Shown piece after piece: positions 51,124 to 64,000 of a stretch of DNA of 64,000 nt. Origin of the DNA: Octopus vulgaris (Eukaryota); assembly GCA_951406725.2 (NCBI GenBank), contig OX597817.1, positions 58,218,001 through 58,282,000 of the forward strand, given 5' to 3'. The position numbers and the translations under genes are program-made. Numbering within the stretch: the first letter of the stretch is position 1; each line of letters starts with the position of its first letter. The notes under the pieces were generated by a model. The model saw only the letters and a list, made by a program, of their open reading frames with translations. It was not told the DNA's origin and ran no database searches.

Positions 51124-52424
51124 AAATACAAAATGGGACAAGAACGCGAAACATCCGGAAAACTAGGTGATACAAAAGGGGACAACAAAACATCCAGATA
51201 GACAATACAAAAAAAACACGGACAGGTCATTCGAAGCATTTTATCTTCAGACTAAAAACCGGATCATCCTCGCAATTTCGGCTGATATATATATATGGAT
51301 GGATGGATGTAAAAGGCCCTGGGAGAGTAGAACTATTGGATATTTCCACTGCAGCCCTCAACCTAAGATTTAAGCTATCTACACTGTTGGATTCCATCAC
51401 AATGTAAGAACTCACCATTGATGCTGATCTGCAGAGGTGCCACTCCAATGTTTAGAATTGCAAATGTTACATAAATTTTCACTTGGAACTTTTGTATGAC
51501 CTGGTGTTGAAAGCAGAGTTGGTACAGAAACAATTGTAACTGACCTTTAAAGATGCGTTCAAGTATCTCTTTGTCTTCTTATTCAGATTACACACACACA
51601 CACTCACATAGTGTACTATAATTGAAAGATTGATACTTCCAGTTACATGTTTCTTATAATCCACCCTATAATCCACCTGAGTACTAAAATTTGGAACCTT
51701 TATATTTAAGAATATTCTACATCCATGTATTAAATCTTGTACTTCATTATTCTTCAATGAACCAAGGAATTACTCACATGTAATTCTTCAACTTAACTTG
51801 TCCATTATTCTAGCTAGTTCTTGGAGATTTTGAAAACATAGCATCTTGGAAATCTATAAGTTTGTTTCTGAAATATTCTTTAGTGGCATCAACTCTCCTT
51901 TCAATAGATTCTGTTCATCACATTCCATAGGTTGTGGAGATTCTATAAAGCTGTCAGCATCCTTTATCTCCCTCTCAGAATCACCATAAAAGAACTGCTA
52001 ATCATTCTGATAAACATTTTCAATGTCAAACAAGAGGAGAAAGTCTTTGATAGTGGAATATAGAAGAAGAAAGGTGGCAGCATTATTGGTGGTGGTGGTG
52101 GTGGTGGTGGTGATGGTACTGTGATGGTAGTGGTAGTGGTGGAACTGATAGTGGTAATGGTGGTGGTGGTGATGGTAGTGGTGGTGGTGCTGATGATGGT
52201 TGTGACTGTTGGGAGGGGTGGTGACAGTGATGATGGTAGTGGTGATGGTAGTAATGTGAAGCATTATATTAATAATGGCTCGTTATCATCATCACTGTCA
52301 TCATCACCCCACCACCATCACCACCATCACCACCACCACCATCATCTTTAGCATCATAATTATCAGCATCTTCATCATTACTGTTTGCAACAGTAGCACG
52401 AGCATCAGCAGCAGTAGTAGTTTC

Positions 52425-52482
<58 letters not shown>

Positions 52483-52699
52483 ATGGTGGTGGTGGTGGTG
52501 GTGGTGGTGGTGTAGTAGTAGTAGTAGTAGGCAAAGGAGGAGGAGGAGGGGGAATTTAGTTGTTGTTAATGTTGTAGTTGTTGTTGCTGCAATTCCAATA
52601 AGTTATCCTGCACTGGTTGACAGCTGCACCAATAAAAAGAAGAAAGCAAAGCTTTATAGTCATCATAGCTTCACACACACACATACATACATACATACA

Positions 52700-52767
<68 letters not shown>

Positions 52768-53837
52768 CACATATTTACTCATACAAGTCTATAGAAAGTT
52801 ATATATATGTGAGTATATATATATATATATGTATATATACATACATATATAATAATATAATACATACACACACACACACACACATACATATATATATGTA
52901 TATATACACACAAGCATATTTACACACACAGCTCTATAGGAATTTATATATATGTGTGTGTATATATAAATATATATATATAGATATACATCTTCATATA
53001 CACATGTAAATATACACACATGTAAATACAAACACACACACACACATATATATATATGTATATATATACATACACACACAGATATATATACATACATAAA
53101 TATGTATAGAGACATATATATTACACATATACACATACAAATGTGTGTGGATGTAAATCTATATCATCATCATTTTTATGGATATAAATGAGTATGTGTG
53201 TGTGTGTAAACCTACGCAATAGACAAACAAACATGTTAAATTTACTTATTCTTCTCTGCAGTTTGAAAATATGCATACATTTATTTATGCACTCCTTGTA
53301 TGTTGTTGCCAGTCTTTTGTCAAAAAATAATCAAGTATGCATACACACCTCCATACACATCATCATCATCATCTCTACAACCACCACAATCACCATCATC
53401 ATCACCATCCCCATCATCACCACCACCACCATCATAATCATAACAATCATTTTTATGTGCCTGTTTTCCATGCTGGCATGAGTTGAGTGAGACTTGTTGG
53501 GGCAGTCTTCTTAATCTAGATCTCCTTCTTAATCTAGATCTCCTTCCAAACTCCCTTTCTTTCTCTCCTTCAACATTTCCTTCTTCCACTGCAGTATTTC
53601 TTCCACTAATTTCTCTTCCTCTTTTCATTTTTCTTTTCTTTCTCTCTTCTATTCCTCACTTCTCTGTCCCCTTTTCCTTCCATCTTCATTCTCTGCCTTT
53701 TCCTCTTTCTATTTTGCCTTTTTGTCCCCATTCTTTTCTTCTTCTTCTTCCCTAAACATTTCAACCTTCTCCACCTCCACGACCCCCACCCTCTCTCCCC
53801 ACCTGCCACTAAAAACCTCTCGTCCTTTATTTTCTAG

Positions 53838-54689
53838 GTTTTGGTCTCTGTATGTCTTACCTGCCGTCCACAATCCTTGTTGGTCTCTACTTCAAGCAGT
53901 ATTGCAGTCTGGCCACAGGCATGATCTCAATCGGCATCGGTCTTGGAGAACTGGTGTTTCCATTTCTTTACACATACATCATCAATGTTTTCACATGGAA
54001 GGGCTCACTCTTCATCCTCGCTGGTATATTCCTCAACATGTGCATGCCGGCATTTTTGATCCGTCCTCTTTCGAATTATGAGGAGAAATTTGCACCAGAA
54101 CCCCTGGAAATTGTGAAAAAGGACTTTTCAGAATTGAACAAAGAGCTGCAAACAATCATCATCCCAGACACACACACCACAAATGAACAACCAAAAAGTC
54201 TGCGACTATTCGGAAACATAAAATTTTCTGTATATTTTCTCAATATATTACTATGGAATGCCGGTACCATTATCTTGTATTTCCAAGGTCTTGAATTTCT
54301 TCAAGATGAAATTGGATATAACAAAGAGACAATTAGTTCCATAATGTCTGCCGTTGGTATAGGTAATGTATTTGGCAGTTTATTTGGTGGCATTCTTGGG
54401 AATGTCTCATGTTGTGACAAAGTCATCATCTATGCTATATTCCATCTGGTTAATGGATTATCAGCAATATTATTTGTTTATGTAAATCGGTATAAAACTT
54501 TTATATTCCTTGCAATCATATTTGGGCTGACATTGGGTGGAATCCTAGGCATTATGTATGTGATTGCTGTAGAATTGGTTTCCCATAAATCGTCAAGTAT
54601 AGAGAAAGTCAGAGCTGATTGGACTACTGTTGCAGGATACGTAATGCTAGCCAATGGAATTGGATGTTTCCTTGGGCCACCATTTGGAG
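53838..54689 (+). CDS. SLC16-like transporter, coding exon 3 (TM4 end to TM11)
   Basis: TTTTCTAG|GTTTT acceptor and GGAG|GTAAG donor; 852 nt, phase 1-1. Encodes GFGLCMSYLPSTILVGLYFKQYCSLATG...WKGSLFILAGIFLN...GIGCFLGPPFG, typical SLC16 motifs. Confidence 0.93.
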
Positions 54690-56226
54690 GTAAGTAAATA
54701 CAGCATATCATAACTACACATATAAATGATACACTGTGAAGGTATGTAGCCTAGGGGTTGCACTCACAGTCATAAAATCAGGGTTTCGGTTCCTAGACTG
54801 GGCAATGCATTGTGTTCTTGAACAAAATACTTTGTTTCATGTTGCTTCAGTCTACTCAACTGTAAAATGAGTTTCAGCAATAACTGGGAAGTTAACCCCA
54901 TGGTGGACTGGGTTCCTGTCCAGGAGGGAGCATTTATATAAAATGGGAACCAGGTGAAGGTCTGCCCATGTGAGGGCTATGGCTCAGGAAAGGACTAAGC
55001 TATCCTGCACTGAGCAATAATTTCTGGTTGGTCAGATGTGGTTGATGTGGGTGTAATCAGAACATATCAGAGCTGTCAACTGTTGGTGTTTAATCCTCAA
55101 GTTTAGTCAAGGGTTTACTAGACAAGAAAGAAGACCAGAGAAGGTATTTATTACACAGGTATAAGCATGTCTGCATGATTGTGTAGTTTACTTCATGACC
55201 GCAGGGTTCTGAGTTCAAACTCATTTCATTGCACTTTTGACAAGTGTCTTCTCTTATAACATTGGGTCAATTAATTCCTATTTCTTTACTACCCACAAGG
55301 GGCTAAACACAGAAGGGACAAACAAGGACAGACAAATGGGTTAAGTCGATTACGTCAACTCCAGTGCGTAAGTGTAATTAAGTAAATTGATGTGTGTGTA
55401 TGTGTGTGTACTATAGAAGAACATGGAGAAAGTTGTAACATCTCTTGTGAGATTTGAATACAGTATCTGTTGTAAACCATGTGGCTGCATCAACCACTGT
55501 ATATGCATGGACATGTGTATGTGTATACATGTATTTTCATGTATCTTTTATCAGTTACTTGTTTCAGTCACTGGACTGTGGCCATGCTGGGGGCACAACC
55601 GTGAAGAATTTTTAGCTACTTCCATTTTTTAAGCCTGGTAATTATTTTATCAGCCTCTTTTGCTGAACTGTTAAGTTACAGGGATGTAAACACACCAACA
55701 CTGGTTGCTAAGCAGTGGTGGAGGACAAACACAAACACAAAAACACACACACACATGATGGGCTTCTTTCAGTTTCTATCTGCCAAATCCATTCACAAAG
55801 CTTTGATTAGCCTGAGGCTTGGCCAAGTGGGACTGATCCTGAGCCTGGAACCCTGTAGCTGGGAAGCAAGCTTTTTACCACACCCACCACACCTGCACCG
55901 AGGAAAATAGGTAAATGGGTATGTATGCGTATTTCAGGAGTTATTGCTCTTTCTTTAGCACCACATCAAACCCAAATGTATCATCATCATCATAATCGTC
56001 ATCATTGTCGTCATCATTGTCGTCATCATCATCTTCATCATCATTGTCTTCATCATCATCATCATCATCACCATTATCATCATCGTCATCGTCATTATTA
56101 TCATCACCACCCCTACTACTATCATCATCATCATCGTTGTCATCATCTTCATCACCACCATCATCATCATCAGTCATCATCATTGTCGTCGTCGTCATCA
56201 TCATCGTCATCATCATCATCATTGTC

Positions 56227-56257
<31 letters not shown>

Positions 56258-57386
56258 CCATCACCATCATCGTCATCATTTAATATCTGTTGTCATCACC
56301 ATCATCGTTATCATCATCGTTGGCGTCATCATTGTTGTCACCATCATCATCACCATCACCATCATCGTCATTATTTAATATCTGTTGTCCATGCTGGCAT
56401 GGGTTGGATGGTTTGGCTGAAACTGGTAAGTTAGAGACTCCAGTCTGTTTTGGCATGATTTCTAGGGCTGGATGCCCTTCCTAACACCAACCACTCTGAG
56501 AGTATAATGGGTGCTTCTACGTGCCACTGTCATGGGTGCTAGTTGTGTGACACCAGTATCTGCCACGACTACAATTTCTCTTGGCTTCTCAAGCATGGCA
56601 TATTGCTATGCCCATATATATACACACACACACATATGTATTTATGCTTATATGTATATATATGTGTATTAATATGTGTGTGTGTTGTTTAGAAGCTTAC
56701 TTTGGACCCACATGTTTCCAGGGTGAGAAAACATGCAGAAACCTTTCATACACATGTGTATGTTTGCGCTTGTCAACCTGTGTTCTTTTGTTTACATCCC
56801 CCATAAGTTAGCAGTTTGGCAAACACAATCGGAGAGAATAGGTACCAAATTTCAAATAAATACTGTGGTTGATTTAATCTATTTCTTTATTACCCACAAG
56901 AAGCTAAATGCAGAGGGGACAAACGGTTTAAGTCAATTATATCGAACACCAGTGCGTAACTGGTACTCAATTTATTGACCCCGAAAGAATGAAAGGCAAA
57001 GTCGACCTCAGCTGAATTTGAACTCAGAATGTAACGGCAGACAAAATACGGCTATGCATTTCACCCGGCGTGCTAACAGTTCTGTCAGCTCGCCGCCTTT
57101 GTGTTTGATTTAATCAACTAAATTCCACCACAAGGTGGTGGTGGTGGTGGTGGAGCTAAGCCCCCTACCCACCCACCCACTGTATGGCTGCAGTCCAATG
57201 GCTGAAAGAAAAGAGTACAAGAATGCACTTGTAAGGATGTATGTTTGTGTGTGTGTTTATATGTAAATGTGCACCTGTGTCTGCAGGTATGTGATTATAT
57301 ATTTACATTCAAAATGTGACCACGTGTGTATCGTTGGCAATTTTTTTTCCTCCATCTTCCCTTCCCTGGATGTTTCCTTTTCTTAT

Positions 57387-57421
57387 GTTTCTGACGAAGA
57401 GCTCCGATCGAAACGTTAAAT
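57387..57421 (+). ncRNA. Minimal type I hammerhead-like motif, H1-related, in intron 3 of the transporter
   Basis: GTTT-CTGACGA-A-GAGC(TCC)GATC-GAAAC-GTT-AAAT. Canonical CUGANGA core with one mismatch in helix II. Confidence 0.6.
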
Positions 57422-57587
57422 CCTCCTTCTTTCTTTTCTTTCCTGAGCATCCAATAATACTATACTTGTTCCATGTCCTCACGTTGTTGTGTTTTCTCTT
57501 TGTGTTTTCATGTTTGGATTAACTATATATATATACATATATGTATGTATTTGTTACTGAATTCCATTTTTCTTTTATATTTTACAG

Positions 57588-57745
57588 GCTGGTTACATGA
57601 TATCACTGGCAGCTACACCCTTCCATTATACGCATGTGGGGGGATAACAATTTTTGGGGGGTTCACCATGCTTCTGCTCAAGCTGGTTGTTTCTGGAGGT
57701 GCTTCTTGGTCATCACTGTTTATAAATACCATTACTGCAGATTAA
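57588..57745 (+). CDS. SLC16-like transporter, terminal coding exon (TM12, stop TAA)
   Basis: Polypyrimidine tract plus TTTACAG|GCTGG. Encodes GWLHDITGSYTLPLYACGG..., the SLC16 'GxLxDxTGxY' motif. Spliced CDS from ATG 47924 = 208+144+852+158 = 1362 nt (453 aa + stop). Confidence 0.92.
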
Positions 57746-58676
57746 CATTAATTCTTGGCTCCGTGGACCTAATGTATTAGCCATGGTGTGATTTATAACA
57801 CATGTGTGCAAGGGGTCCTCAAACTGGATGACGTGCAGCCCATTATCATAGTAGTTGCAGAATTCTCCAGAATTCTTACACGACCAAACCAAAGCTGAAA
57901 CATAACCATGTTGTTCAAAGAGTATAGAAAGTAGAAAACAAATATATATACCCTGTATATTATATATATATATACATACATATCATATATCTATATATAC
58001 ATATCTATCTATCTATATGTATATCTATATAGGTATCTCAACATATTAATCACAATAGATTTACCTCAAATGTAGTCATCATTGCAAATGACTTAATACC
58101 TGAGGTTGTATACCTAAGGCTGTATACCTGAGGTTGTATACCTGGGATCGTACACCTAACCTGCTAAGTAGAAACACTATTCTGCTGTACAGATAAAAGC
58201 ATTGTTTAGTAACCTTACCATTCAGCAAACTCACTAGTGAAAACAAGCTTTGGTTGGTAGAACTGCTAGACAAGCATTTCATGTTTTCTGTCTTTCTGTA
58301 ACAGTATTTTTCCAATCTCAATATGCATGACTATTGCAATGCCAATTAGAGCATAGACATGCTTCATTAGTTGACTCATTAGAGTTTACTTATAAATTCT
58401 TAGTACTCAAAGAAACAGTTCCGTCGTTATAACGAAGTAACTTGGTAACTTGTAACAGGAATCCTGCTTCTTTGGGAACTGCAAAGATTATCAATACTTA
58501 TATTTATGTACATATATCTTTATATATGCATGTCAGTTTGTATATGAATATAATAATATAAATAATATATAAATATATGCATATATACATATATGTACAT
58601 ACCTACATATATATGTATATATACATGCATATATCTATGTGTGTGTGTGCGTGTGTACATATGTATATGCATATAC

Positions 58677-58718
<42 letters not shown>

Positions 58719-58866
58719 GTATATATATATCTACATATATATATATGTACATATGTATGTATATATATGTATGCATATATCTATGTACATATATATGTAT
58801 GTACATACATATATATATGCATATGTGTATGTATATATATAGCTATATATATATATGTGTTATATA

Positions 58867-58946
<80 letters not shown>

Positions 58947-60051
58947 GTATGTATATATATCTGTATGTATATATATATATGTGATATGTGTGTGTGTTTG
59001 TACATATATATATATCACATAAAAGGACTTCCTTTATGGATGGAAGTTGTCCAAATCTTTTTTTGTCAACAATACAAGGCATTGGAATCTTCTTTTCCCA
59101 GATACTATATTAGTAGTCAATGTAAAGAATATAAATATCTGGAAATAGATCCAACAATAAATTGAAATTACTTGGAAAAACGAAGGAGCGCCGTATTGTA
59201 ACCAAATCTGATACTTAACAGAAGACATGCTTTGATTCACTTGAGTGACTCAATCTTGACGAAAATACAACTGCATCGTTAAACATTCTTTGTCCTTAGA
59301 GGTCTCTTTGTTGATGGGGTGGGTCAAAATAGCAATTCTTGCCATTGAATTTAGACAAGCATCAAAGACATCCATCACTGATAAATACACTCACTGATTT
59401 ACTTTCATCTGAAATTCTTGAACAGGATGGAATATCATTTTTTTTTATCTCTGACCCATGAAGCTAAACAAAAAGAAAAAAAAAGAACTTGATTTGTCTT
59501 GAATTTCCAGTTTTCAGTTTTGGTCAAATATTTGATGTTTCTCCATTCTTTTTCACCTTTTTTCATTTGCATTGTTTGCATGGCAATATATATAAAAAAA
59601 GACCCAAATGTTTTATTTTTATTTAGTTATTTTTTATAGAATTATTTTTCTCATTGCCAAACTTTTTTATAAGAAAATGTGATTTTGTTACAACTGCTTA
59701 CAGGGATTTTGAAGCCAATGGTTTTGCTATTTTTGCCCCTGTTTTGATAATGTATTTTATGTGATCCATGCCAAGGGGTCAATAAGAAGGAGCCACATCA
59801 AAATTGATTTTAATCCGAAAAGAAATTCAATGGACCAAATAATTTATGTTTCATGTTGTGATTCCAAGTTAATGCAGTTAGGAATCACAGTATGGATTTG
59901 TCTTTTCCAGTAAATCTTCTAAATATTTTCTTTTCTGGTAAATCTGCAGAAATAATAACCAAAACAGCTGAGTCTGTCAGTTGTTTTTGCTTTTATATTG
60001 AATTCTTTTGATGTTTATACATACATACATATATACACACACACACATATA

Positions 60052-60088
<37 letters not shown>

Positions 60089-60315
60089 TATATGTGTATG
60101 TATGTGTGTGTGTATGTTTGTATGTAAACAGAATACTAACAGCAGTTTTTGTATTCATAACCTAGATGATGTGAAGATGCTGCTGCTGATGATGATGATG
60201 ATAATGATGATGATGATAGCAATGATGATGGGACAATGATCATCATTGTCATCAGATACCATCATCCTCATCATTACTATCATTGAATACCACCACCACC
60301 ACCACCACCATCATT

Positions 60316-60356
<41 letters not shown>

Positions 60357-61258
60357 TGTCATCGTCATCATCATCATCATCATCATCATATTCATCCTCA
60401 TAAATGAAACCTGTTTGTGATTCTGATTTGATCTAGTCAATTTATTTATTCTAATTTATACAAATCTGTCAGAAATCAGGTTGAAAGAAGCCATCCTATC
60501 TGAAACAAGATTCTTTGGAAAAAAAGAAATAATAAATAAATAAATAAATAAAAAAAGTAATAAAAAGGGTAAAAATTATAAAAAAAAGGCAAACAAACAG
60601 AAAAAAACCCAAATAAATGTAAGAGAGAAAAATATCGTATCTTCCTGACCAAACAGTCTAAAATCAATAACACATAGTTTTTGTTGCTTAATCTATCATT
60701 GTTTGTTTTTTTTGTTATTGATCAATGGAGAATGGATATAAATACTTTATAGTATTTAGAATTATTTACATTATCCAGCCAGCTTTAAGTGTCTTTTCTA
60801 AGGTTTGCCCACAGAACAATAACTCATGTCAGTTGGAAACTCTTCATGTTTACAAACACCTGAAAATGATTGGTTTTCTCCATTCATTCAACGTTGTTCG
60901 GGCAAAAGAGAAAAAAATGCAGAAAACTCAACAACTTATTGAAATATAACAAACCAAACAATGCAAATAAGTCGCAACAATTACGATATCATCAAAGAGA
61001 CGGTTAGAAATGTTTTTACATGAAAAGGGCTATTTTTGTGCACATGTTGTGTGTGTGTATGTGTGTTTCGTTTTATTAAATTTACTCTTAATTCCTTAGC
61101 AGGGGAGATTAATTTGGTCCAAGTTTGCTTCCTGTAAGTCTGAAGACAGTATGTTAGTCATAATTGAATGTATCGTCATTGCTAAACTCCAGCATTGACC
61201 CTGGACAAACAGGTACATTCATGCATTATATGTATATATAGATTTCTTTGTGCTTGTA

Positions 61259-61316
<58 letters not shown>

Positions 61317-61680
61317 ACACACTGCACAAAATATAAAATATCACTGTGTAGTAGAAGGCAATGCAGCTTCATAATATATTCCTTTAATCCTGATATTTTG
61401 GGCAAAATGCTCCTGTTCACAGTTGCACATAGAACAAAATTGAGATGTCAGTTACCCTAATATGCCTGTTCAGACCCATAATGTCAATCATATAGGTATG
61501 TATTAGTCTTTTGTTCAATTAATAATATTGAAAATGAGTATTTCACCCAAAATGTCAAGACAATAAATATTACCCAAATAGCAATTCAATATATTGGTTG
61601 TTGGTATTTAATATTGAATCTGTATTCCTACAACCTTCTTTTGTACGCATAGATATCTATCTATTTATCTATCTGTCTGC

Positions 61681-61714
<34 letters not shown>

Positions 61715-62010
61715 GTCTGTCTGTCTTTATGTCTCCATGTATATATATATACACCCCCCACACACTCACACAGTTATATGTATATACGCATGTATTATAT
61801 ATTATATACATTATATATATGTGTGTGTATGAATAAATTTATGTATATGTGTATATATGTATACATATTGTTTGTAGACCTAGGTGAATATATATAATGT
61901 ATGTATATATGCATATATTTATGGATGTATTATGTACCTATACATGTATATATGTGAATATATATGTGCCTACATATTTGCATGTATGTATACATATATA
62001 TATATGAATA

Positions 62011-62055
<45 letters not shown>

Positions 62056-62318
62056 CTGTGTGTATGTGTGTGTGTGTGTGTCTGTGTCTGTGTGTTTTAT
62101 TGAACACAACAGATTTCACAATCTGTTACTCAATGTTTCCCATAAAAAATCCCCAGATAAAAGTCTTCTGATGATCAGTTACATTAAACTTGGGGTAACA
62201 GTTTGTGAAGTTTTTGACATTAGATAAAACACTATATTTTCTCTGGCTTTGGTATTCAAGTGTTATTTTCATTACTTTGTTTTGCACGTAAGAGTGTGTG
62301 TGTGTATGTATGTATGTA

Positions 62319-62352
<34 letters not shown>

Positions 62353-62708
62353 GGAAATAAGAAAGTGGAGAGAATACAAAATCGACAGACTTCAGCTTGT
62401 AGACATTCCAGTGTGTCTATTTATTCCAATGTTTTCATCTAATACATTAGAATAAACAGACATACTGGAATGTTTACCAACTGATGTCTGTCGACTTTGT
62501 ATCCTCTCCACTTTCCTATTTGCTGTATAAATCAAGGGTCAACCACTTTTTACCCCCACCCATATATAACACTCAATTGCAAGACTGGCACACAATGACT
62601 ACCACTTGGCTATGAATAATTGGGTACATTACCAGCAGTATATTGGATAGGTACTATCCCTTAGTTGGTTTCTCAACCTTTAACTCACACAGAAAAATAT
62701 ATATGTGT

Positions 62709-62766
<58 letters not shown>

Positions 62767-62869
62767 CACAGTATTGGCCAGACCGTCAGACACTGTTACA
62801 TACCACTGGGCACAATCTGCTTCCAATTCTATTTTCATTGTGCCATTTTTTCTATCTTGACCCAAATTG

Positions 62870-62965
62870 CTTAACTAAGGTGTCTTCCCATCATCACAGA
62901 GGTCTTCCAAGTGGCCTTTTCTGATCTCTTGGATACCATTTGGCAACTGCATGAATCCACCTGTT
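62870..62965 (-). mobile_element. RTE-type LINE C-terminal relic
   Basis: Minus frame reads RWIHAVAKWYPRDQKRPLGRPL**WEDTL, the RTE 'WxPxxxKRPxGRPxxRWxD' motif. Confidence 0.55.
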
Positions 62966-63012
62966 GGGATTTGGACTTTTGGTATAACATGATCTTGTCA
63001 TACACTCTGCTC

Positions 63013-63043
<31 letters not shown>

Positions 63044-63436
63044 AAAGAGAGAGAAAGAGAGAGATTATAGGTAAATGTATGCCACATTCAGTTTCTTCTA
63101 GAATTTGCAGCATCAGTTGTGTCATATTATTTCTAGGAGTAACCAAGGTTGAAATTTCCTTCACAATCAATTGGTTCCAAGTTTGATCCCATTCAAAGGC
63201 ATTTTTGGCAACTGTTCTCAGTTTGATCAATAGAACTTGCTAGAAGGAAACTTTGGAAAACTATAACATGTGTGTGTGTGTGTGTCCATTTAAAGTTGAT
63301 TGTTGGTAAAAATGTAATAAGATTAATAAGGTCTTGTGTCATAACTTGAATGAAATTCTTGTGCACCCAGAGACAAAATGCAGAGTAGCAAGAGACTGAC
63401 TCAACCCAAATTTTAAACACACACACACGCAAACAA

Positions 63437-63467
<31 letters not shown>

Positions 63468-63481
63468 TGTATGTATGTATG

Positions 63482-63515
<34 letters not shown>

Positions 63516-63673
63516 TGTATGTATGTATGTATGTATGTATACATTTATTTATATATTATAAGCTTACTGTTGTTGCAGATATGCATTTGGGTGTGTCCAT
63601 GGTTCAATTTTATTAAGTGATCAATTGATCAACTGAAAATACAAGGAACAACCCCAACAATGATATCCTCCTC

Positions 63674-63747
<74 letters not shown>

Positions 63748-64000
63748 TTAATATTTGAGGGAATAAAATCCAAAACTTACAAGGAAAAAAATTCAATTTA
63801 GAAATACTAAATCAAATTTCACACAATATAATATATATATAAAAAATTAGAAAAAAAACTCCTTTTATCAATTCAAAATGAACAATTAAATTACACCATC
63901 TAGAAAATTACATATAATAGAAATATTAACATTAAAATAACAATAAAATGTCAATGATTAAGTAAATTGCAAATAATAATAATAATAATAATAATAATAA

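Noticed and set aside
55925-56434. His/Cys-rich 169-aa ORF (and poly-Asp ORF 28187-28753)
   Set aside because: Degenerate (CAT)n/(GAT)n repeats fused to SINE sequence.
59750-63245. Possible minus-strand exons (acceptor-like sites near 59945, 60500, 60860, 63240)
   Set aside because: Stops in most frames, no recognisable homology and no consistent exon chain. Cannot be supported without RNA data.

Overview
Eukaryotic, very AT-rich and microsatellite-dense genomic DNA. The SINE families and repeat landscape look like an octopus (coleoid cephalopod) genome; this is my inference. There is one clear host gene: a 4-exon, + strand SLC16/monocarboxylate-transporter-family (MFS) gene at ~47.9-57.7 kb (~453 aa), with unusual substitutions at conserved catalytic positions. 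The rest is (TA)n/(CA)n/(TAA)n/(CAT)n microsatellite, three abundant SINE families, decayed non-LTR retrotransposons (R4/Dong-like RLE type and RTE type), Tc1/mariner relics, hAT- and piggyBac-like MITEs and a DINE-1/HINE-like element. The most notable unannotated signal is at least three unrelated families of short non-coding elements carrying minimal type I hammerhead-ribozyme (HHR) motifs (CUGANGA...GAAAC-[palindrome]-GUH), 7 near-complete copies in all. They sit in microsatellites and often in fold-back (inverted) arrangements, like Penelope-like-element (PLE) pLTRs or retrozymes. One family is fused to a tRNA-like Pol III head, and one copy lies in sense orientation just upstream of the transporter's last exon. 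Almost all ORFs in the supplied track are microsatellite artefacts.
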